A model generated the notes under the pieces. The model did no database searches, was not told the origin of the DNA, and was given only the letters and a program-made list of their open reading frames with translations. A program made the position numbers and the translations under genes. A stretch of 64,000 bases of DNA. It comes from Tubiluchus corallicola. Its lineage: Eukaryota > Animalia > Priapulida. Location of the stretch: positions 492,066-556,065 of the forward strand of contig JAQGDQ010000011.1 in assembly GCA_030141605.1 (NCBI GenBank). Direction: 5' to 3'. Below, piece by piece: positions 50,599 through 64,000 of this stretch (the first letter of the stretch is position 1; each line of letters starts with the position of its first letter).

Positions 50599-51348
50599 GT
50601 GGTAAAGGTTCTAAGACTAAGCCAGATCAAAGTAGATGGGGAAATGCACGTGTATCCACACAATTGTAAAGCACTAGAAGTGAATCTGATTTAACATTCG
50701 CAATTTCAGCACATGTACAATACACATCAACACTGCATCAATCACGTGTTAATGCAAAGTTGATTAATATCAGTGCGATTGTCACCTCAATCCTAGCGGA
50801 ATGATCGCTCTTAAACTAATTACTCATTTAATCCATATTACTGCGCGTGTTAATGTCAACCCGATTCAAAATCATCGCAATAGAAGGGAAAAATTACAAT
50901 TGCAAAAAGATATTTTTCTATTCAAGTTTGTTTAGTCTGTCTGTTTAATGTACATGTACAACGTCGAAGCCGATACGGCTAAATCAGTGCAAATCAGATG
51001 TCCATGTCTGTCTGTTTAGCTGGTTATGTAATTGCTTATCTAAACATTCTCTGCATATGGTGCTCGTTCAAAATGCTATCTAATTATTTGTACATCACAG
51101 TCGTTCTAATTTTACCATAAAAAATAATTTCTGATTGCACCACAAACTGTTTAGCTAATATTAAACTGGTCTGAACCGAAACGAAGTCGATTATGATTTG
51201 GCCTAGCTGTGGCTCTAGTGTTAGGTGACAACAGCAAATTCCACAGAAAAGATTTTGTAAAACAATCAAAGACAGTGAAAAGGAAAGACGCTTCAATTTT
51301 TGATGTCGTGACACGAAACTGCTACGTGCGGACACGAATTGATTTTCG

Positions 51349-51900
51349 TTTATTTATTTATTTATTTAAGTCTTTATTTAAAAAATACATTAAAATATTT
51401 ACAAGAACGTATGAGATATGAAAGCAGGATAAAACGTACATATAGAACAGATATAAATTTTACAGATAAAAAAGGTTGGCTAAAAGATTACTAATAAAAG
51501 CATAAAGAGCCAAGGCCACTTATCTGTTAAGATGCCTGTTAAAAGATAAACGCTTATTAAGATTTACACTTGAAACGTTTTTAAAAACATTTGCTGCTCA
51601 GAGCACAGACCAAGGGGCACTGCTGACAAACTCATATTCAATCTTCAAACGCAAACACAGTTGATTCCAGGTTTTTATTATTCTGTTTGAGAAAAAGTTT
51701 TTAAAGCAATCAAGTCGGCAGTGGGTGGGCTGTAACATCAAGCGGTGGCCCCTGGTTACATTATATAAAGGTGCTTTGCTAAAAAATGCGTCTTTGTTTT
51801 TTCCTGGTGTGAACCGCGGTTACTTCGAATGAAAATGAGCACTTTAACGTCGAAGAAACCAAGCGAGCGAGAACCAGCTTTTCAGTTTTTCAACTTTTCT
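51349..51900 (-). mobile_element. 3' fragment of a CR1-like LINE
   Basis: Minus strand VTRGHRLMLQPTHCRLDCFKNFFSNRIIKTWNQL plus (AAAT)n tail at 51349-51367. Confidence 0.75.
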
Positions 51901-52755
51901 TTTCAAGCAGCTTTTATAATACAGAAGTCAAAGAACAACTGAGCAAATTTTAATCGGTTTAACATTTCAATAGTTCTACAACTATCACAAAATATTTACA
52001 AATTAGTAAAATACAGGAAATTCATTATTAAAATTAAATGAAGACGATTAAGTTTCCAGTTATGAATCAACATATTGTTTTTTCGTCAATTGAAAACTGA
52101 ATGCCTCCATTCCTTCCTTTGAATGACAACTTCTAGGAAGCCGCTTTTGTTTGTTACTAAAGATATCTAATTTATGAGCCAAAATCTTTAGTCAATCTGG
52201 AATCAATAAACACGTATTAATTATCCTTCATGACCATAAAAAGATTTGTCGAACCGGAAGCCGTGTCCTTAGAACCGGAAGTGATGTCCTCGTTAACGTG
52301 GCTTCATCAGCAAGCTACACGCTTATTGACTAATTGAATACAGTCAGCCTTAAAGCGGCATATACCCTTGTTAGCAGATCTATAATCATCATCAATATAT
52401 AATTAAGTTTATTATGAGCAGTCGTGGAGAACTAGCTTAATTTGCTTCAGTGGCGCAGCTTGGTCTAGTAGAATCGGTGTATATCAGGCAGTCGCGTGAA
52501 AACGTTGTAGTACCTTGCTAGCTATCAAAGATTTCGAAAATATCGTCATTATGAACGTGCGTAACGCGCATCCTCAGCACGTCTTGTAACTTACAAAGTG
52601 GTTTCATTGGTTTACATAGACTTATATGCTTATTTACTAATACCAAAAAACAAACAATACAAAAAACATACATGCAGTTTCAATTTTAGAACTACAGCGA
52701 CGTTGCAGACAGACAATTACTGATAAAACAAATATTACAAAATCGCTCCTGTTAG

Positions 52756-52993
52756 CAGGGCCTATTTCAGCCTACGCGAGGCCCGGGGAAGTGGAGGGGG
52801 GGGGGTGAGGGGGCGAAGCGCCGGGGGGCGGGAACTACCATGGTTGGCGCCCAGAAAATTTTGAACTGCTAGAACGCCAGAGAAGCATTTTCGAAGAGAA
52901 AATATGGAGTTATACAGTCGATAAAGGAATTGAAAGAAAAACTGCTTTATTCTCAAGACCAGTCCTAATACTTGTCAAACGGCGCGCGTGCGG

Positions 52994-53038
<45 letters not shown>

Positions 53039-53150
53039 AGGCAGTATGTTCGCATAAAGCAAAAAAAATGTTACCTTGGCGCGAGGCCCCCCTGCTGGAG
53101 GGTGAGGCCCCGGGGAAGTATCCCCACTTCCCCCCTTGAAATAGGCCCTG
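52756..53150. mobile_element. hAT-type MITE
   Basis: Perfect 14-bp TIR cagggcctatttca; 8-bp TSD cctgttag; internal (GA)n. Confidence 0.9.
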
Positions 53151-54939
53151 CCTGTTAGTTATTTTGGTTATTTAAATGAAGAGTTTAATGATTAGTATGT
53201 AAAATAGATTGTCATTCATCTGGAAACATTTTCAATGATATGATCATTACATAGTGTACTGTTCCTCATGTCTTAAAAACTCTTTTTCAACATAATCAAT
53301 AATTGCCTTAATTACTTCTGAATCACTACTTCCCATCAAAAATAAACATTTATCAGCATCGTTCATAAGGAAAAATTCTTTATAAGTACTTTGATGTGAT
53401 TATATAATTTTCCTTTAAGATCATTGTAATAGGGGCATTTTATAACAAAGTGTAATTCGTCTTCGAAATATATTTCTCAGCTGGGATTTTTCTAGGTTTA
53501 ACATATCTACTTATAAATGCCAACGCCCTGTTAATTATTTAGTTAATTAATCAGTTAGTTACTTGGTAAAAGTTCTCTGTTTGTGTTTTCATGTTCCGGC
53601 AGGGATGAACGAAAATAATGGTTGTTATAAAAGAATGTTTGTCAAAATTTCAGCAGAATTACATGTTAAGGTTTACATTTTTGAAGGTCGACTTTGTGAT
53701 GAAAGAACTAACGATTTTAAAGAAACGAAAAAAATAAATGAAGATCGAAAGGTGAATAAAGTAACAAAAGAAGACAGGAGCTGAAAGGAGGAAGAAAACA
53801 ACAAAAACGAGTTAGGGAAAATATGTGATAGTCAGCTGAACAAAAAAAGAAATTAATTGACAAAGTGAAAACAGATTAGTATTTTAAAAATTAAACCAAT
53901 AAATACATAAATTGAGAATTAAAGAGAAAAGTTGGATCCTATAATTGCACTGTTAGACAGCGAGAGCTTGGAGCATGTTTTACTATATTGTCATTTATAT
54001 AAGAAAAAGAAATAAAATCAACTTAACTCTAAAACAAAAGTAGAGATGACTGTGTCCTACTATTTCGCGAGAATGTTAACTAGTTTTAAAAAAAGAATTT
54101 TCTAAAAAATAAGATCTAAATTTATTTAAATTTTTGTCGTTTGTTCACTTGTTATAAAAAAGCACGTAGGCAAATGCATGAGTGCCTGATTGACAGACAG
54201 ACAGGTAGACTAGCAGACGTACTGACTGACTGACTGATTGATTTTAATTTGATTTGATTTACTAGTTTATTTCAAACTTTACAAAGTTCATATACACACC
54301 ACAAATTAATAGAAAAAATTACGGCTCACAATAATAGCACAAATAACAATTAACGATATACCAAACTACGTCAATGACGTCTAATTGCAGAAGTAAAGGA
54401 CTAATTGACTGACTGACTACATACTGGTAGATTGACGGATTGACTGACTGACTGGCTGATATATAATGACACGTGTTTTAGTGTTTTTCCTTTTATCCTG
54501 ATAGTATGAGACGTTATAACAGTATGTTGTTTACTTATTTTGAATACAGACGACTTACGCTACACATACATACGTAATTTTCCAATTTCCGAACCTTTCA
54601 GTTGTCACCTTGTTTACATCATTAATGACTTTTGGTACTCCTGTTGTCACAAACAAATCTGTGAAAATTTTTTCCACCAATTAAGAGAGGAAAGAATAAG
54701 AGAAGCTCCACGAGACCTCTGAAGTGCGAGTAACTCCTGTATGTCTTAATTGATTTGGCTAATTAAGAACAAGCTTGTTATACTTCCTTCATTCGTCAAG
54801 GCGAGCTGAGATAATTAAAAGATGTTCGTCGAAGGGGGATACATCTCTGTGTAGCGTGAAGCTTTCTTGGACTGTCAACAATTAAAACAATTTACTTAAA
54901 AATATTTTGAAAAATTAAAGGTTAGGCTATTCTAAAAGT

Positions 54940-55730
54940 TCTTTTGAACATTTTTTGAAAACGTTTTTTAGAATATCAGCGATTTTTCAAGTTGTATCAA
55001 ATTTTTCAAGAATTAACAGCAATTCTGGAAGTTTTTCCGGAATTATCAAGAAATCTAACAAATTTTTCGAAGATTATCAAAAATTGGCAAGGATTTTTGA
55101 TTTTCTATTTTGATATATCTATAATTTTCTTCAGAATTGTAAGTGATTGTAACACGTTCTTCAATGATTTTGAAGACTTACAAAAGTTTTTCAATGATTA
55201 CAAGGGCTTCCGAGTCGTTTTCTAGGGTTATAAAGCATGTTAAAATATTTTTCAAGAATTATCAGAGAATCCAACAAATTTTTCAAAGATTATCAGCGAT
55301 TATCGAGAACTTAAAAAATATAAGTGATTCTTAGTGATATAAGTAATAAAACTTTTTTCTAAATTATTGGTTAATTCAACAAGCTTTTCAAGGATTATCA
55401 GAGATTCAAACAGTCTTTCAAAGATTACTGATTCAAACAAGGTTTGAATGATTACCAGCAATTCAAACGAGTTTTTCAATGATTATCAGTGATTCCAACA
55501 AATTTTTCAAAGATTATCAGTATTACCGAACAAGTTTTTTCATTGATTATCAGTGATAGTAACAAGTTTTTCGAAGATTATAAGGGATTCAAGCAAAGTT
55601 TTCAAAGATTATCAGGGATTCCTACAAGTCTAACCATTTATTCAAGTATTATTCTGCAGTTATTCTAAGCGTTTTTAAGAATTATCACTTAACCACACGT
55701 GTTTTTCAAGGGTTATGAAGGATTCCAAGA
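54940..55730. repeat. Degenerate minisatellite, unit about 30-31 bp (gattatcagtgattccaacaaatttttcaaa)
   Basis: Recurrent gattatcag...ttttca spacing, best preserved at 55380-55625. Confidence 0.8.
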
Positions 55731-56779
55731 AATGTTTATTTGTGTCACTGGCAAGAATAAACTTAATTATCCTTAAATCAAAGAGTTTTGAACTTATTGC
55801 AAGGAATACCAAAAAACATAAAATAAAAGGAGCAAATCGGTCTGGGCTGATACATTCCACCATCTAAGATACTTTTGCTAATAGAAGCGTGCACGTGTCC
55901 GCACTCTGTTTTCGTATCAAATTCAGGCGCTGACATACTATCAACTTATTTTGCCATTTAAAGATTGGTCGACGAACCATACCTTGGTCACCCGTTTTTT
56001 AAATTTCGTTGACAAAATTCTTGCGCAGTTGAGCACGAAGTTTACGAATATCGTAAAGGTCTTTACATACTTAGCGGATAATACAGAGCGGTTTTTAATT
56101 AATTTATGACCATTGCGCATAATGAAAAGTTTGAAAAGAATAGGAAGTCAAATACTAAAATAAGAAAAATATAAACAGCCGGGTAAAAATGTGAATATCC
56201 GGATAAGTAATAGAAGAAAAGAAGACACAACCCTACTTACCTCGCAGTTACATAACTCCTGATCAAGATCGAATTCACTTGCTTTCCAATGTAATAAGAA
56301 TTAGCACTGTTGATCTAGTTCCTCGAGTAATAAAATGACTTCATCAGAAAAAAAACTAGCAAGAGTGTCACATCTGCAGCAGTAATAAAGTTGAGGTTGC
56401 ACACGCCAATCATTCAATGTACGATAGACTGGTTTGATTTAGCAGACATCTCGCACATGCGCAAAATGCGCAGAATTTACAGTCAAACAATTACAACTAG
56501 CAACAGAAATCGAGTTCGGCTTATTTTGGTAATACTTGCTTGTATATACTTGGCAATACTTGCTTGACAAAAATTTCTAAGACTCCAAAATCAAACGTCA
56601 GTAGCGTCATCATCACCATTATCATCATTGTCACCAACATCTTTGTTATCGTGATCATCGTCTTCCATTTTAACCGTTGTCGTCATCAAATACAACCAAA
56701 ACATGCCATCAAACCTATCACCATCATCACAACATTTTCGTCATCTACAGTAACAATACCAGCAATAACACCGGCAACG

Positions 56780-56869
56780 ACATTGATAACGACAACGACA
56801 ACGACCTCAGTAACAACAACGACAATGACAGCGACAACGACGATGACAACGACGACAAGGACGACGACG

Positions 56870-56914
<45 letters not shown>

Positions 56915-57110
56915 GTAACAACAACAACAACAACAAACAACAACAACAACAACAACAATAATAACAACAACAGCAAACATCAACAGCAGCAGCAGCAACA
57001 GCAACAGCAAAACAACAACAACAACAACAACAACACAACAGCAACAACAACAACAGCAACAACAACAACAACAACAACAGCAATAGCACCAACAATAACA
57101 GCAGCAGCAT
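56780..57110. repeat. (AAC)n/(GAC)n/(CAG)n compound microsatellite
   Basis: Direct reading. Confidence 0.95.
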
Positions 57111-57914
57111 TGGTGTCTAGAGATGTTTTACTCATCAATAAGCAGATTACTTGACTCTGAGCATAATGCTACAATTATGTTGGTTGTAGAAAGGCATTTA
57201 AAGCCAACTTCAACTCTGCGAACCCGCCATTTCATATGTAAGCAAGTTATGTAAGTATAACTAAATCATGTGCCAGCAAAATCAATTTATATTAGATTGC
57301 TGGGAAAAGATACAAAAAAAAAACGTGCGATGATATGCCTGGCGTGCAACACTGATATCTCATGTGAGTCACAAAAGAAAGAAATTGTTAATCACGCGGC
57401 TATAAAAAGCAGAAGAATAGAGAACTTATCGATCCCTAGACTTCTGGTATTTGTATTTTGTTGCACCCTGGAGAAAGCGCGAGCTTTCAGATGCCAAGGA
57501 AGTAGCGCCTATCAATCAGTTTTCGGAAATCCGCTGTGATTTGGGAGCCCCTTCAATGCGACATCCGCATTAGTTTTCGCGGCAAAATCCGGTATGTAGC
57601 TGAAACCCATCACTATTGATTAGATACCATCAGTGGAGGCCTTTTGTTACATTTCTCTGCAAGATCAATTATGGTTGGGTGATGAGTGTTTGACAAGGAA
57701 AAGCAATAGTCATACGGTGTAAATCATGGGTAATTTTCATTGAAAGGATGCTCACTTTAAGGGATGGTTAAAACTGAGAGGTCATAATAACTTCCTACTG
57801 ACCTTTTGTTTTAATAGTTTTAAATGCCGTATTGATACATAATAAACAGTTTCTGTTCGAAGAAAAGTAAATGTAGCAAGTAAATTCGTAAACGGGTAAA
57901 GGTGTGAGAGACAG

Positions 57915-57916
<2 letters not shown>

Positions 57917-57992
<76 letters not shown>
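57917..57992. repeat. (GA)n microsatellite
   Basis: Direct reading. Confidence 0.97.
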
Positions 57993-57994
<2 letters not shown>

Positions 57995-59495
57995 GCGTAA
58001 AAAGTGTATTAGGAAAATCATTGATAAGATGGTAGTATACGTAAAATTGGCTATGAACATCAGGGAGTATGTATAAGGAGGGATGGTAAATTTCTGAATG
58101 ACAGCCTTAAAACGGGTCTTAAATTCATTATTTATTTATTTATTTAAGCCGCGAGTGTTAAAAACAAAATAAGAAAGTATGAAATGTAATACGAATAATA
58201 TGAAGACATAATGTTTGCTAGACTGAAGCGCCATAAAATGCATAGGAAATCTTACAAGGTTTTAAATAAACCGTCAAACGTTAATTGTAAAATACAGTTA
58301 ATGAATTTGTTGCGCTTCTTACAACAATTCATTAATAAAATTAGTGCATTCTTTTCACACGGCAAATGTAAACCGTATTGAAACTGTTTTGCACTAAAAT
58401 CCACTGAAAGACGTGACGTTTTTCAAAACGGTTTGTCCAGTGACCGTTAGAACACTTAAAAAGCGGCTTGTCGAAAACGTTTTGCTCAAAATGTTTTGAA
58501 GCCGCGTGAAAAGGGCATAAATTATAGCGCTTTAAACAGTATATATTCCCATCAACCCAAGAGCGCGGGATGTTTTAAATTAGTAAATTACTAATAACTC
58601 AAAACCGCTAAAATTTAGCATTTTTAGAATCTTATTATCCGAGTTTGTCTTTTCTTTACTTAATTTACCACCGTTAAAATGTTTAGTCAGTCAGTTTAGT
58701 TAGTCAGTCAAGAAGTCAGTTTGAGATATAAAATTCTTCAAGTCTCTTTGGCATTTCATCTATTGCAAAAATCTGTTTATTTATTATTTTTTGTGACTGA
58801 GCAATTGTCGTACTTTGAAATGAACAAGTTTTCGACAAAATTAGCAATATATTACCTAGCGAATAACTTGGTATTTTGTTCGAATTCGTTAAAGTGCTGT
58901 GTAAGTTTTATAAAATGGACAAACTTTTTTATCGGTCATGGACAAAACTCATTTGGAGTTAATTCACTCCAGATAAGTGATAATGGCAGATGCGACTATA
59001 CGTATATAGACGATAGTTGTACAATCAGAGTTGAAATCATGTTAATTGTCAAAGTGATTAAGTTATTGCTGTCGGTTTGATACAGTCAAACTGTTTACTT
59101 CGAAAGTTTTCCTGCTAAGGAAATCATTAACCAACACAATTGAGCTTAGTTTGATAACATTGTATTTCATTTTCATTCATTTACAAAATACAAATACATT
59201 TCAAAATACAACAGTTGCTAAAATTTACACGTCACTGCAAATTCCTGGTCGCCATTTTGTGCTTTACTACATTTTTTAACTATTGAAATTTCAAAGCCAA
59301 TTTCAGATTATTTCTAAGAAAACTAACGCATGTTAAAACCAACAATGAGTCTATACAGATGAATTCGTTTTTGGGACTGTATTAAATTTCTGGCATTCCT
59401 GGTACAGAGACCAGGTAGACGATAACAATTATTATTATCATCTTTATATTGTAGGAGGCGCCATCTAGCAGCAACTTGTTTAATTGAGAACATTT

Positions 59496-63047
<3,552 letters not shown>

Positions 63048-63892
63048 CTGTTCAATACAGTGAAAAGTGGTTTTTACTAAGTAACTATTGACAACTGTGT
63101 GCCTCGAAAATTATGGTACCAGAGCTGGAAATGGGTCACCAAGTGTGACCCATAACCAACTTGACCCAACAATACAGTGATCCAGACTCAATCTGATCCA
63201 CACCCATGACCCATCAGGCATAAAATGACTCACACCTTAACGGATCCAAATTGATCAGTATTAGCTTCTGAACAGTGGCAAAATCATTCAAATTTCTAGA
63301 CAATGGATCAGTTACTGTATTACTTTAATATCACAGATTCCATAGAGCAAAAGCAGCGACTTCTGATTGATGCAGTCATCTCAGTGATAAAACTTCAACT
63401 GCAGTCATAAGTTAAAGTCGTGTCTGTAAGACAGTTTTATTTTTATTAATCTAGGTTTAAATTAAAATAAAAAATTTCAAACACTTTTTAGAAAAAAATG
63501 ACTATTTAATTTTGTACCTGGTCACGTGGGGTGTGTTTCAGACCCAAACTCATGTACCCTCAAAAAACTATGACTCAATTGACCCAAGATTCAAAATTAA
63601 TAGTCAAATCCGTATCGACCATTCTCACTGACTACACACAATAAGTGACATACAAATACACTCAGATTGAGTAAGGATTACATTGCAGTCATAGTCTATG
63701 GACTTCAGGACAGACTATGAATAAAAATAAGCTTTAAGCAAGACTCTTTAGATTGAGTTTTCTACACCGCAAAGAAGTAGTGCCGAACTACTACTTCTTA
63801 GTTCATAGGTAGTTACCAGTACTCACTCTCGTGATATTGAAATACGTAATCTGCCAGTGCAAGTTGAGTAGTTTGGTACTCGTTATTAGGAC

Positions 63893-63954
63893 GTTCGTTC
63901 GTTCGTTCGTTCGTTCACTCATTCATTTGTTTGTTTATAGTTCATTATTCGTTC

Positions 63955-63995
<41 letters not shown>

Positions 63996-64000
63996 CTGAC
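63893..64000. repeat. (GTTC)n/(ATTC)n/(GATT)n tetranucleotide mosaic
   Basis: Direct reading. Confidence 0.9.

Noticed and set aside
54940-55730. CRISPR-like periodicity
   Set aside because: Units are contiguous and degenerate with no unique spacers; eukaryotic context and no cas genes
63119-63620. tgaccc-rich segment resembling a hAT subterminal region
   Set aside because: No matching second TIR or TSD found; too decayed to call

Overview
AT-rich, intron-rich eukaryotic DNA from an invertebrate animal. A cnidarian/hydrozoan origin is plausible but cannot be proven from the window. Three spliced genes lie in tandem on the minus strand; I reconstructed them by hand from GT-AG sites and frame continuity. 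(1) The 3' part of a probably secreted EGF-repeat protein with odd-cysteine EGFs, a His/Tyr-rich segment and an acidic tail (63047-59496). (2) A complete adhesion GPCR of about 1094 aa in 20 coding exons (46223-9873): signal peptide, pentraxin/LamG, HRM, GAIN/GPS, 7TM, long tail and PDZ motif. Its GPS cleavage triad, tethered agonist and agonist-pocket residues have all diverged. (3) The first three exons of a cGMP-dependent protein kinase (6441-1). Introns and intergenic DNA hold TTAA/AGG-ended (Kolobok-like) elements, hAT MITEs, Harbinger, mariner and pogo remnants, CR1-like LINE fragments, a solo LTR, tRNA- and 5S-derived SINE-like pieces and long compound microsatellites. One aGPCR intron contains a tightly packed, intronless, virus-like cluster of three small ORFs (16104-16724) with its own CRE/TATA promoter. 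Most ORFs in the supplied track are microsatellite or chance ORFs.
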